IMG/VR virus record: IMGVR_UViG_3300046167_000873
Coordinates: 32,001 to 96,000 of that record
DNA: 64,000 nt
Reading direction: 5' to 3' (one strand)
Source: a virus
The translations under genes and the position numbers were made by a program. Within the stretch, counting starts at the first letter, position 1; each line of letters opens with the position of its first letter. The notes under the pieces are model-generated. The model saw only the letters and a program-made list of their open reading frames with translations. It was not told the DNA's origin and made no database searches. This document shows positions 28,957-39,666 of this stretch, piece after piece.

Positions 28957-30643
28957 CAGATAATGCCTGTGTTACAGTCTCCACCAATTTCATGTGGGCC
29001 AAATGCGCCTCTTCTTTTTTAACCTCAGCATCTTTATCTGTCTTTGCAGTAGGTTCACCTACAGGTCTAATCGGCGGTTCTGGTTCTTGATCTTCAGGTT
29101 CTTCTTGAGGCTCTTGCTCTTCGGCATACTTTGGATCTTTCATTTCTTCTTCTATCTGTTTATCAATATCTTCAATATCTTCTTCAGATTGTTGTAAAAC
29201 CCAACGACGAATATATTCGTGTGAGTAATATTTTCCAACGTATTCGTCCATATCTCGAAGAAGACCAAGACGATCACGATTCATTTCCATATTCTTTAAT
29301 TCATCGTAATAGTTATCAACGGCAAATTTAAAATCAATTTTATCGTGCCATTCTTTCCAATCTTCTGGAGTACAAATACCTTTTAGCAGCAACTGCCTTT
29401 CTAACATCTTCAAGAACAATTCACTAAACTTATTGCGAAGTCGTGTAATGAATTTTGAGAACTTAACTTCTTCTCTTGAGATTTCTGTTGCTCGACCAAG
29501 AGTATATGTTGCTTCTGGATTAAGTCGGCTAAGCGGTACGTTTAATGACTGGTAAAGTTTATTTTGGAAATACACTACGTCATCAATTTCACCAAGGTTT
29601 TGTCCACCTGGTAAAGTAGTAATTTCAGTACCTTTTCCACCTTCTCGCCGTGGTAACCAAAAATCTTCAAGCATAGTCATAAATTTGCGATCGTCACGAA
29701 TCTCACCAGAAGATGAATCGTAGACAATTTTGTTTTTAAACTTTGTCATCATATCAGAAACATATTGTTCTGCTTTAGGTTTTGGTAAACCACCAACATC
29801 AACGTAGAATATTCGCCTTTCAGGTGCTCGTGAAATACGATAGATAACCAACGAATCTTCCATCGACCTGAGTTGGTTTAAAGGCCTAATTGCTTTTTGT
29901 AAGTAAGAAAGAATTAGTTTATTATCAATGTTCTGATATCCACTCGTTGCATATACAATAGAGTCTTTTGCAATCTTAATGCCTTCAGCTTGCTGAGACG
30001 AACTAGAAAATGAATTGGTGACACTACCAGTTACAGAATTTGTTTTCTTTAAGAAACCCATTGGGTTAAACATGTAGTATTCGTTGATTAGCTTTTCTAA
30101 AGGAGCTCCAGTCTTTGGATCTTTTTCCTTTTTAACTTCACGAATCTTTTTAATATTTCTTGGATCGATATATCGGACTTCTACAATACCGTTTTTTGGT
30201 TTTTTCTCGTCGATTACAACGTGATAATATAAGCGGCCGTCAATATACCACCTTTTAAAAATTTCATAACTCATTCGGTTAAATTCAAGTAAACGCAATA
30301 CAGTAGTAAATTCTTCTTGTATTGTTTTCTTAATTGAATCTGTTTGTTCTATATCATCAAGGACGACGCTTACTGTAGTTTCATCAGAATCTTCGACAAT
30401 TGCTTCGTTACATATATCTTGTATAGCTAAATCAATAGTAGGATCCATTGATATCGCTCGATACTTATTAACGAGTTCTGCTTCTGTGCGTACAGACCCA
30501 TCTAAATCTACATATGTTCCATAAACACCACCAGCCTGAATTGTTAAAGCACCATCTTCATTGGTTGGCGGCACAAAAGATTGAAGAGTTTCTTGTTCGC
30601 GCTCTTCTTTCTTTCGATTAATTGAAAAACCAAAAAGTTCCAT
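28949..30643 (-). CDS. gp20: portal protein
   Basis: WYIDGRLYY, IYRISRAPERRIFY.DVG, EDFWLPRREGGKGTEI.TLPGG. Confidence 0.98.
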
Positions 30644-30657
30644 TACATACTCCTGTG

Positions 30658-30697
30658 AAAAAAAAGGGGACTATAGGTTTATTTATAGTCCCCTTTT
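30658..30697 (-). terminator. terminator after gp19 containing a late promoter (TATAAATA at 30680-30687)
   Basis: AAAAGGGGACTATA-aataaacc-TATAGTCCCCTTTT with a T-run. Confidence 0.85.
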
Positions 30698-30734
30698 AGG
30701 CCGATTATACGTTGAGTGGTATCAGCTTATTAGC

Positions 30735-31241
30735 TTATTGACCAGGCTCGAAGAAATCGAATGACCAAGAAACAGAATACAAACCAATAGTATCGGTCGT
30801 GTTCCAATCTAATTCAATCGTTCCAATGTCACTTGGCCAACAACCTTGAAGAGTATAAGTCTGAGCTGGAGCACCTTGCTTAGTATAAAGAGTGACTGTT
30901 GCATCTTCTTTATAATCTTCAGGTGAACCATACGAACGTGTATTACCAACAGCAGAGTTGATCTTTTCAGCCCACTCTTCTAATACACGACGCTGACTGA
31001 AATCTTCTTCAATCATAACTGTCGTAGTCCATGCATCGAATGTACGATCACCAGCAACTTTAATCTTACGACCAAAATAAGGAACTTCAATAATTCCAGT
31101 GGTATAAGAAGGAACCTGCGATGACATACACAACCAATTGAACTCTTCGCCAAGGGTATTAACCTGCACTTCGAAGAGTGCGGGCCGGAACCCGCCTCTT
31201 GCTAGTGCATCATTCTTAAATGTGTTAATATTGAAAGGCAT
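30735..31241 (-). CDS. gp19: tail tube protein
   Basis: RP.LFEV, VPYFGR.IKVAGDRTF..W..T, GCWP..IG.I.L.W. Confidence 0.95.
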   Translation of the reverse strand: MPFNINTFKNDALARGGFRPALFEVQVNTLGEEFNWLCMSSQVPSYTTGIIEVPYFGRKIKVAGDRTFDAWTTTVMIEEDFSQRRVLEEWAEKINSAVGNTRSYGSPEDYKEDATVTLYTKQGAPAQTYTLQGCWPSDIGTIELDWNTTDTIGLYSVSWSFDFFEPGQ

Positions 31242-31283
31242 TTAATTATTCTCCTATTATTATTTTCTATTTATCCGTATTTA

Positions 31284-33830
31284 TTAGAAATTTCCAATAA
31301 CTTCGGAGAATTCTACACCTGATCTAACTGCAACAAAGTTGAGTTGGATGAAGTTAATGCTTCGAGCGGGCTTGATGTATATATCACCAACAAACTCGTT
31401 CTTATCAATTACTTCACCAGTATTATTGGTTTCATCACATATAACGATGAAGTCAGTAATACCTCGGCGTGCTTGTACCTCTCGAAGGAAAGGGGTTACT
31501 ACATTCACAAAGCTAGATCGTGTAAACTCGTCGTTGAATTCAAAGAGCGAGAATTGTGATGCTGCAGCAACTGCTTTTTCAAGGACGATGAACAAGCGTC
31601 GAACATTGATTCGATCAAAAGCAGAAGGCTTAGCAAGTAGCGTTTTATCTCCGTAAAGAACAACACCTTGACCTTGGAAATTAACAACTGGGTTAACACC
31701 ATTGGCATAAAGCACGTCGCGTTCAGCTTTTTCAGGACTCCAAGAAAGCTTAATAACATTCTTAACGTTACCACGGTTGAAGCCAGCAGGCGACCACCAA
31801 GGGTCACGCGTGTCATCAGTTCGTGCACACAATCCAGCGATATCACCATTGAGAGGTACCCATCGGTAAACATCATTGTGCTTATCGTATTGATACTTGT
31901 ATCCGCTATCAAGTACTGAGTAAGAAGTTGACCGTAAGCTATTTCGGAAGGTAATAACATCTTCAGAAATATCAGCAAAGTTATTTACAACATCTTCTTT
32001 AGCAGGTGAACAGAAAGATACACAATCTCGACGACGCTCACACAGGTTATCAACAATGTAGTTGGCTGTTTGAGTACCGTTAGCACCACCACGCGACTTA
32101 CCAGTTAGTACAAGAGAGATATCATAGTCTTCAGCAGACTTAAATACGTCGTAAGCCCTGAATACCTGACCTAAAGTACATGCGGATTCACCACCATTTA
32201 CATCAGATCCAAGTTGGAACGAATGATTTACTGGGGTTGTTGCGCTTGATGATACAACCAAAGCAGCAGTTGTAGTAGGTGCAGCGGTTTCATCTGATCC
32301 AGCCCAAACATATCGTGAACCTTGGTTCAAGACTTCTTTGTAGTAGATAGTTTCGCCATCAATTCCTTTAGCATCAGTTGCTCGTGACAGACCTTGATAT
32401 ACTTCTAATACAGTATTAGGTACACCAGAAATTTTACCATCTTCATCGACAACAACAACATGCAGCTCATCATTTGCAGCAGTGTTACCTTGCTCAGTTA
32501 CATATTGAGACTGACCAGGCGCCTTCTGAACGAGATTGTAATGCTTCCAGTATCGGTTGAGTGAATCACCGCTAACTAATTCAACATTCTCAGAAAGAGC
32601 AAGGTTGTCAGTAAACGTAATAGAACCTTCAGTTGAGGAAGAAGGGCCGATTGATTCAACTTCGAGGAACTGATAACCGATAGTAGTATTACCGAATCGT
32701 AAAAGATCACCAACAACAAACTGATTTGTGATTGAGACGATATCAGCAGCGTCACCAGAATCGGTAGTAATAGCAGCAACACGCTCACCAACTTCAAGAT
32801 CAACAGTACTGTTAATAACGATAGATGCGTTAGCTGCCGCTTGCTGTGCGATGCTAATGGTTGATTGGAAAGCAGAAGCACTATCACATACAGATATTGC
32901 TAATGAATTACCAAGCTCACCAGGATACTTTGCAACATATTTAACTGCTGCATCAAAGTTCAGAGCAGCATCAGCATATGCATCGTCATTCTTAACAATG
33001 TGATTTGCAAGAACTGAATCTGTTCCAAGAGTTGTGGTATTTGCAATAGCGCTGAACGTGTAATCTTCGTCGTGGATTTCTACAATTTTGTTGCCGTCGG
33101 CAGTTAAAATGTTACTTGATAAAGTAATACGAGTATCACCGTTTCGAACAACATCAAAGTTAGTATCGCCAGTATCACCAATAGTTATTGGAGCAATACC
33201 AAGCTGTTCATCAGTGACTTGGAAATCTGTAGCAGTAGCATTAAGGACATAGTAGTCAGTAGATTCAGCCAAAGGTGATGGCAATGTACCTGTACCGCCA
33301 TCGCGCTCGAATTGAATACGTTCGCCGTTAACAAGAGTAGTTCCAAGAGCTACGTCAATGGTGTTATTACCGACATCAACTTCAGTCGTATAATCAACAG
33401 CAACACGAACTTCAGCAGTATCAACAGATGATACAGTAGTACCAGCTGCAACATCAGATGATGCTACAACACCAAAACCCTGAAGAACAGTAGTTTCAGT
33501 ATTACCAGCAACAACAAGATAGTTATAACCAAGTGCACCATAAGCGCTAACATTTACGTCGACGCCAGTAGTGTATCCTGCCCTAGAAACATAAAGGCGA
33601 TTTGCATACGCCAAAAAGTTAGATGCAGTAAACCAGGTTTCAAAGTTATCATTATCAGGCCGTCCATATTCCCTAAGCAGTTCATCCTCTGAAACAACCA
33701 GAGTTGCTTTACCGACGGGACCCCACTTAAAAACTCCTGCGGTGGCTGCGTCTGTGGTTGCAACTGCAGGGATGACGGTCGTTAAATCAATCTCTGATAC
33801 ATTAACGCCCGGACTTAATTGAAAAGGCAT
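31284..33830 (-). CDS. gp18: tail sheath protein with inserted domain(s)
   Basis: SPGV.V.EIDLT, PWWSPAGFNRG, FDRINVRRLF, FEFNDEFTR, IKPARSINFI.LNF. Confidence 0.97.
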   Translation of the reverse strand: MPFQLSPGVNVSEIDLTTVIPAVATTDAATAGVFKWGPVGKATLVVSEDELLREYGRPDNDNFETWFTASNFLAYANRLYVSRAGYTTGVDVNVSAYGALGYNYLVVAGNTETTVLQGFGVVASSDVAAGTTVSSVDTAEVRVAVDYTTEVDVGNNTIDVALGTTLVNGERIQFERDGGTGTLPSPLAESTDYYVLNATATDFQVTDEQLGIAPITIGDTGDTNFDVVRNGDTRITLSSNILTADGNKIVEIHDEDYTFSAIANTTTLGTDSVLANHIVKNDDAYADAALNFDAAVKYVAKYPGELGNSLAISVCDSASAFQSTISIAQQAAANASIVINSTVDLEVGERVAAITTDSGDAADIVSITNQFVVGDLLRFGNTTIGYQFLEVESIGPSSSTEGSITFTDNLALSENVELVSGDSLNRYWKHYNLVQKAPGQSQYVTEQGNTAANDELHVVVVDEDGKISGVPNTVLEVYQGLSRATDAKGIDGETIYYKEVLNQGSRYVWAGSDETAAPTTTAALVVSSSATTPVNHSFQLGSDVNGGESACTLGQVFRAYDVFKSAEDYDISLVLTGKSRGGANGTQTANYIVDNLCERRRDCVSFCSPAKEDVVNNFADISEDVITFRNSLRSTSYSVLDSGYKYQYDKHNDVYRWVPLNGDIAGLCARTDDTRDPWWSPAGFNRGNVKNVIKLSWSPEKAERDVLYANGVNPVVNFQGQGVVLYGDKTLLAKPSAFDRINVRRLFIVLEKAVAAASQFSLFEFNDEFTRSSFVNVVTPFLREVQARRGITDFIVICDETNNTGEVIDKNEFVGDIYIKPARSINFIQLNFVAVRSGVEFSEVIGNF

Positions 33831-33870
33831 ATTATTCTCCCTATGAGTTATATTTTTTTTCTTAATATAT

Positions 33871-33878
33871 TATTTATA
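33871..33878 (-). promoter_or_regulatory. T4 late promoter (gp18)
   Basis: TATAAATA. Confidence 0.85.
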
Positions 33879-33890
33879 ACATAGCGTATT

Positions 33891-35543
33891 TTAGAGAAGC
33901 CAACGATCATCAGAAACTGCCATCATCGGTTGTTCTTCATGCGAATCATGACCCGTTTCTATAAAACCAAACGGAACTAAGTCACGGAATATTTTTTCTT
34001 CATTTATCTCTTTAAGGTTTATCACAGTATTTATATCCGTTAATTCCTTAAAGAATTTTTGGTTAGTTAACCACCCAAACAAAACTAGACACATTACAAG
34101 ATCATCGTGGTTACCTGGTTCTGCTTCGTAAGATACTCCCTTTTTACTAAATACAGATAATTCTTGTATCGTATCAAAGTCATTAATAATTAATTGTTCT
34201 TGTTCTATAAGAAGCTTGAGCATAGAACAACCTAAAGATTTTACTGTTTTGGTCGTTCTTATACCCTTATCTGACTTACCACCAAATCCAGCCATACCAG
34301 ATATAAGTCGTTTTCCTTCACGACCATTATTCTCGGTCAGCAACATGTTCTCATATTCATATTCCTCAAATAATATACTGGCAACCTGATCGCCGATATC
34401 ATTAACTTCTACTAATATAAAGGCTTCGTTATAATACTTGCAACCATTCAATACTGCACCAGCATAATCAATAGGAGTAATCATATTATTTTTATATGTA
34501 CAGACTTGACGATATGGCATTTGAGTCGTATCTATAATGACGAATGCAGAGTAGTCTAAACCTTTACCGCGGCTTACGTCTACGATACCAATATAATTGT
34601 GACCTTGTTTAGGTTCTTCGTAGATAGTAACACCACCTACTTCTTTAATAGGTTGCTGGTAAACAAGCTGTTTAAGTTTTGCACCGGAGATTAATGTGCC
34701 TGAACTGCCCAAAAATTCACACTCCATTTCCTGTGCAAATTTCTCAGTATCGAAGTCCATAGATTCGAGAGCGTCTTGCTTCCATGCTTCATCTCTTCCA
34801 GGTACGTCGTACCACATTACCTTAACGAATTCGTATCCATTCTTACTAGTTCTAGCACCCTCACATGTTTTATAAAAATGGTTTAATCCATTAGGTGTAG
34901 ATGTTAAAAGGATTTTGGTAGTTTTACCTGACGAAATCGTTGGATAAACAGAAGCAAAAAATACGTCCCAGTTTTCGACGAATGCAGTCTCATCAATATA
35001 TAGAAAAGATACAGACTTACCACGAATTGCAGAAGATGATGTTGCTGCTGCCAATACTTTACAGCCGTTTTCAAACTCTACTGATCCTTTGTTCCATTCG
35101 ACGACACCTTGTTGCAACCACTTTGGAAGGGCTTCATAAGCCACTTTAATACGATCGAGAATTTCTCTCGCAGCATCCCCTTTGTTCGCAAGAAGAGCAA
35201 CAAGCTTATGATCATTAAACAATACGTAATGAAGGATAAGGCATACAGCAGTCGTTGTCTTACCAGCTTGGCGGGACGTAACAACACAGGTTCTTCTGCT
35301 GCTTGTTGTTTTGTCGATGATGTCTTTTTGGTAGTCATATAATTCTATCGGGATGAGTCCATGATCTACATGTACAATCTGTATATATTTTTCTGCAAAA
35401 TATATTGGATCGGCTGCACACTTCACATACTCTTGGACCATTTCTTCGGTCCACTCGATTTGTACTCCCTTTCTTTTAAGGTTTACATTACCTAAATATG
35501 ATCTATACTCTTCTATATCTTTTATATCTTCTTTATCAGTCAT
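33891..35543 (-). CDS. gp17: terminase large subunit
   Basis: SRQAGKTT, LYIDE, STPNGLNHF, DVSRG.G.DYS, HDDLVM. Confidence 0.98.
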   Translation of the reverse strand: MTDKEDIKDIEEYRSYLGNVNLKRKGVQIEWTEEMVQEYVKCAADPIYFAEKYIQIVHVDHGLIPIELYDYQKDIIDKTTSSRRTCVVTSRQAGKTTTAVCLILHYVLFNDHKLVALLANKGDAAREILDRIKVAYEALPKWLQQGVVEWNKGSVEFENGCKVLAAATSSSAIRGKSVSFLYIDETAFVENWDVFFASVYPTISSGKTTKILLTSTPNGLNHFYKTCEGARTSKNGYEFVKVMWYDVPGRDEAWKQDALESMDFDTEKFAQEMECEFLGSSGTLISGAKLKQLVYQQPIKEVGGVTIYEEPKQGHNYIGIVDVSRGKGLDYSAFVIIDTTQMPYRQVCTYKNNMITPIDYAGAVLNGCKYYNEAFILVEVNDIGDQVASILFEEYEYENMLLTENNGREGKRLISGMAGFGGKSDKGIRTTKTVKSLGCSMLKLLIEQEQLIINDFDTIQELSVFSKKGVSYEAEPGNHDDLVMCLVLFGWLTNQKFFKELTDINTVINLKEINEEKIFRDLVPFGFIETGHDSHEEQPMMAVSDDRWLL

Positions 35544-35973
35544 CTTTTTTCTTATCGTTTATAATTTTAAGCAAATCGCTGGTTGTGCCCACATGAAGAT
35601 GATTGTTAGTTATTTCTTTGGGGCCTTCAGGTGCCTCGCCAGTTAATTTCTGTTTTTTCTGGTGGGAATCTAAAAGGTCTTTATTCAAATCACCCATTGT
35701 CTTAAGCATGTTAGCTAGTACTTCATATGCTCGAGGGTGTTGCGATTGATCGGCTACATTTAAAAGTTCATCAATAGATCGATGTCCCTTTTCAATTAAG
35801 TCATACATATTTTGCCGAACATATGCTGCATCCGTTTCAATTTCGTTGCCTGGATTTTGGTGAAGGCTAGGACGATATGTTGTAGGTAAAGGTGCATTAT
35901 CATCTTCTATATCAATGATTGTCGTTTCCTTTACTGTTTTCATACCAAGACTATCACTTATTTTATCATTCAT
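35536..35973 (-). CDS. gp16: terminase small subunit
   Basis: D..YVR.N...A.QSQHPRAYEV...VGTT.DL. Confidence 0.92.
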   Translation of the reverse strand: MNDKISDSLGMKTVKETTIIDIEDDNAPLPTTYRPSLHQNPGNEIETDAAYVRQNMYDLIEKGHRSIDELLNVADQSQHPRAYEVLANMLKTMGDLNKDLLDSHQKKQKLTGEAPEGPKEITNNHLHVGTTSDLLKIINDKKKDD

Positions 35974-35988
35974 TCAATTGTGCCCTTG

Positions 35989-37086
35989 TTATGCGGGTGG
36001 ATATGGTGATTGCGATGTTTGTGCAATACCAAAATTATCTTCGCTTGCAATTTCATTCTTATCAAGTGATTGTAAATCTGGAATAGATATTGTGACGGTT
36101 GGCGTAGAAGTATAACCGCTCCCACCATTTGTAACTATAATTTCTTCTACGTCATCTGTAGATCCAATTGTTGCTGTTGCAACCGAGTTAGCTCCACCAC
36201 CACCAGTAATAGTAACAGTAGCAGCAGAATATCCATAACCAGGTTCTGTAACTATAATATTGGTTACTTCACCATCTGCTATAACTGCAACCGCCGTAGC
36301 TTGTTTTGAATTTAATGACGTATAAACTGTAGGTTGATTGTTAGCAAGCAATCCAGGTTGTAAAATCAATTTCGCAGCTGGATCAAGTTCTCCAATACTT
36401 TCAAAGATATCATCAAACGTAGAAGAATCAAATATTTGTGTGTTTGCTAGTTTAATAACTTTTTGTTGGTATATTGGTCCAAACATTTGACATTTCATGG
36501 TAAAATCAAGATTCCATATTTGAATCCTACGCTCTTCGTATCCGCCTTCATATGATTCATCAAGACTAACAGCATTTAAAGTTAAAGGAACATCTAATGT
36601 AATATCAGGTGTTTCTATTAACTGTACAGTGCTTGTCCATTCTGGTGTAAAGTAAGGAACAATTTGTTCTACAATTCTAGTGCCATCTACTGAATTCTTT
36701 ACGAATACAGATAAATTAAATGTTATATCATAAGGTACAGGCATATATTGATAATATCTTTTATCTTTATTATTGTCTATATCTTCAATTGTATATTTGT
36801 TAATTGTTGATAGTTTTCTTTCTGGGGCATAATTAAACCCGGTTATTTCAAAACCCATTCTTGGAACAACCATTGCAAACTGTTGCCCTTGAGGATCATA
36901 ACCATCAGTTAAACCTTGAATCCTTGCTAGCTGCTTATCTCTAGGTCCATATGTTAATGGTATTTTAAGGACGTCTTTTACGTTACCAGAAGAATCTTCT
37001 CGGTTGATCCATACGTCATTAAATAACGTACCAAATAAAATAACATACTTACGTAAAGTGTCGTGAAAATATGTACGGCCGAACAT
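35989..37086 (-). CDS. gp15: tail sheath stabiliser/terminator with C-terminal GxGY repeats
   Basis: YFH...RKY...FGTLFN, PVPY, EQI.PYF.P. Confidence 0.92.
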   Translation of the reverse strand: MFGRTYFHDTLRKYVILFGTLFNDVWINREDSSGNVKDVLKIPLTYGPRDKQLARIQGLTDGYDPQGQQFAMVVPRMGFEITGFNYAPERKLSTINKYTIEDIDNNKDKRYYQYMPVPYDITFNLSVFVKNSVDGTRIVEQIVPYFTPEWTSTVQLIETPDITLDVPLTLNAVSLDESYEGGYEERRIQIWNLDFTMKCQMFGPIYQQKVIKLANTQIFDSSTFDDIFESIGELDPAAKLILQPGLLANNQPTVYTSLNSKQATAVAVIADGEVTNIIVTEPGYGYSAATVTITGGGGANSVATATIGSTDDVEEIIVTNGGSGYTSTPTVTISIPDLQSLDKNEIASEDNFGIAQTSQSPYPPA

Positions 37087-37815
37087 TTAGTATTCTCCCC
37101 CTTCACTGAAAGGATCTTGTTCAGACCAATCAATAAAATCAGACATTAATTGCAGTGATGCATTATCACTAAACGGATCATCTGGATTCCAATCACTTGA
37201 AACTCCAACAGGTCTTCCCGTATTAGCATCTATAATGACATTGTTGTTTGCATCTCTCATTAATCCATCTAGCTCATCAGGTGCTTGACTATACTTCGCT
37301 TGAAGTGCGTCAATTTCAGGAACACCTGTACTTAATTTTTCGCTTGAATATTCAAACATCTCACAGCGTAAATCGTGAACTTGCAAAGAACCCATTTGAT
37401 AGAATACAGATTCATGCTCTGCAAATTTAATAACATAGACTTTACCAGTTAAAGGCATAAAAATAAGATCGCCTTCACGTGGTCGTGGTGCATCTATATA
37501 ATCGCCAATAGTTTCTTGGTAAACTCGATTTGCAATAGTGAATGTAATTTCATCACGGATTTGGATATTGAATCGACTTAAGAAATGCCCTTCTCCTTCA
37601 AATCCTTCAACATTCTTGATATACATCTCAACGAAATAAGAACTTTCATACGATGATGTAGCATCTTCATTATAAGGAGTATCATAGTCATTAATTTTTC
37701 TTGGGCAATACCAAACATCGTGGCCATATATTTTAATAGACTCGATGACCAGATCTTCGATAAGACTCTGTTCTGCCGTGTTTTGAAAATTGTCAAAATA
37801 AACTGACGTGGCCAT
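37087..37815 (-). CDS. gp14: neck protein
   Basis: EQ.L.EDL..ESIK.YG, RPREGDLI, FYQ.G, FEYSSE. Confidence 0.93.
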   Translation of the reverse strand: MATSVYFDNFQNTAEQSLIEDLVIESIKIYGHDVWYCPRKINDYDTPYNEDATSSYESSYFVEMYIKNVEGFEGEGHFLSRFNIQIRDEITFTIANRVYQETIGDYIDAPRPREGDLIFMPLTGKVYVIKFAEHESVFYQMGSLQVHDLRCEMFEYSSEKLSTGVPEIDALQAKYSQAPDELDGLMRDANNNVIIDANTGRPVGVSSDWNPDDPFSDNASLQLMSDFIDWSEQDPFSEGGEY

Positions 37816-37893
37816 GTACATTCCCTATGTTCTATAGTACAATTCTTTTGTAGAGCAAAATGTTATTATTAAAGAGATTATAAAAGTGTATTT

Positions 37894-38637
37894 TCAACCG
37901 ATCATATCACTGACGGGTAAGCTGTAACTATTAATCATCTCATCTTCCAAGCGTTTAATCTCTTGATCGGCATCTTCATACAATTGTCGACCATTGAACT
38001 GAACACCACCAGGTAATTGCATACCTTCAAACTTAGATAGGTTGCTTCCCCATTGTCGTTTGATCTGTTGTGAAACATAATGCTGTAACCAACGATCTGC
38101 CCATACATCCGTATAAACAGCTGGATCAACAAGCTCGTAACATTCGAAGACTAAATATTCACCTTCTGTCAAGTCTCCTCTTCCTTCATCAATATGTAAG
38201 CGATTACGATGACGGTTATATCTTATTTGTGGTTTACCAACAAGCATCTCCTGAACAAAAGCAAGATGTTCCATTGTCATATAATAATCAATTAATGCTA
38301 CATTGGTTAATGTATATAAATCATTGAGAGCAATTTGATAACGGATATTAAAAATATCACCTGAAGATGTACTTGGATCGCCAACAGGAAACATCTTAAC
38401 AACGCCAATAATATTTTCTGGCAAATCTATATATGAATTGGCAACAGTGTCTGCCGTTACTAGGTGCTTAAAGTATATTTTCTCTGTACCGTCAAAGTGA
38501 TAGTCCCAATAAAAACGCAACGATTGGTCTATTCGATCTTCGACTTGCATATCATCAACGTTAATTTCAATAACTGGTTTTCCTAGAGAACGTAAACAAA
38601 ACTCTTTAAATTCGTCTCTATTTTGTGGAACTGCCAT
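37894..38637 (-). CDS. gp13: neck protein
   Basis: LR.LG.PVIEINV...Q.EDRID, YHFDG, QWG.NL.KF.G.QLPGGV. Confidence 0.95.
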   Translation of the reverse strand: MAVPQNRDEFKEFCLRSLGKPVIEINVDDMQVEDRIDQSLRFYWDYHFDGTEKIYFKHLVTADTVANSYIDLPENIIGVVKMFPVGDPSTSSGDIFNIRYQIALNDLYTLTNVALIDYYMTMEHLAFVQEMLVGKPQIRYNRHRNRLHIDEGRGDLTEGEYLVFECYELVDPAVYTDVWADRWLQHYVSQQIKRQWGSNLSKFEGMQLPGGVQFNGRQLYEDADQEIKRLEDEMINSYSLPVSDMIG

Positions 38638-38649
38638 TTAAATTACCCC

Positions 38650-39003
38650 TTAAACTGAAGTGACGCCGGCTTTTACGAATATTTTTCCTTCCAATACCCT
38701 TTCGACGAAAGTAGTATTTGCTGATGTTGTTGAAATAACGACGTCATAGACGTATCTATCATTCCAATCTAATGCAGCTGTTTGTTCATTTGTCAAAGAT
38801 ATAGTAATAAGGCCATTATTTGCTGGAGCAACAATTTCTGTGTCAAAGCTCACACTCGTTGTAGAGTTATATCTTTTCTTTAATTCAGCATTGACAGTAT
38901 AAGATTCTAAATCTTTGTATGTGACACCATCAGTATCATAAACATAAAATGAATGTGACAAATCAGCGTTCTGCTCAACTGTCAAATCTTCGTTCCTGGC
39001 CAT
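38650..39003 (-). CDS. small Ig-like virion protein
   Basis: G.ITISLT..QTA.L...RYVYDV...RVLEG...V..GVT; late promoter upstream. Confidence 0.7.
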   Translation of the reverse strand: MARNEDLTVEQNADLSHSFYVYDTDGVTYKDLESYTVNAELKKRYNSTTSVSFDTEIVAPANNGLITISLTNEQTAALDWNDRYVYDVVISTTSANTTFVERVLEGKIFVKAGVTSV

Positions 39004-39035
39004 GTGATTTCCTAGCAATAAAATTCTTATGATTT

Positions 39036-39043
39036 TATTTATA
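39036..39043 (-). promoter_or_regulatory. T4 late promoter
   Basis: TATAAATA. Confidence 0.8.
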
Positions 39044-39054
39044 TAGGCTTGGTT

Positions 39055-39666
39055 TTAGATATTATAGGGATCGGCAAAGTTCATAGCTATATTCAACCTT
39101 TCTTCTTCACTTTTATTGGTTTCAACGCTATGTGATAACCACGCAGGAAATACAATCAATTCGTATTCTTTAGGCACATACACCATTGAACTTTTAAATT
39201 GATTATGAAGGTAAGGCGTTTCCATATAATTAGGAAGCATCGAATGTACACCAAACGAAAAGTTTTCGTGGCGACTAAACCTAATTCCACCTTGATCTGG
39301 TTTTTGTTTTAAATAATATACCGCAGCAAGAACTGCACCAGGGTGAGTATGGTCACAATTGTAATCGCCGTTCATATTCGAATTAAACCAGCCATAAGAC
39401 ATCATAAGATTCTCATTCATGAGAAAATATCTACGGCACAATTCGTTAATGTGTTTTTCTGCAACTTGGTACATATTATCAAGTGCAGGATTTATTTTTC
39501 TATCCGCACCTCTTTGCCAACCGCCTACATTAGAACGAATGATACCATCAGGATCTTCTTTACGAACTTGTTTGCAATGTTCAATGATAGCAAGGTTATC
39601 AACCTCTTCTGATAAATCAAAAGTATGAATTGCATCGTGCCATAGTTCGATTTTATTGCCTGACAT
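39055..39666 (-). CDS. 2OG-Fe(II) oxygenase-like protein (TIGR02466-type)
   Basis: SNVGGWQ, W.N...N..HTHP...AVYY, L.VFP.WL.H.V, R.NIA.N. Confidence 0.85.
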   Translation of the reverse strand: MSGNKIELWHDAIHTFDLSEEVDNLAIIEHCKQVRKEDPDGIIRSNVGGWQRGADRKINPALDNMYQVAEKHINELCRRYFLMNENLMMSYGWFNSNMNGDYNCDHTHPGAVLAAVYYLKQKPDQGGIRFSRHENFSFGVHSMLPNYMETPYLHNQFKSSMVYVPKEYELIVFPAWLSHSVETNKSEEERLNIAMNFADPYNI

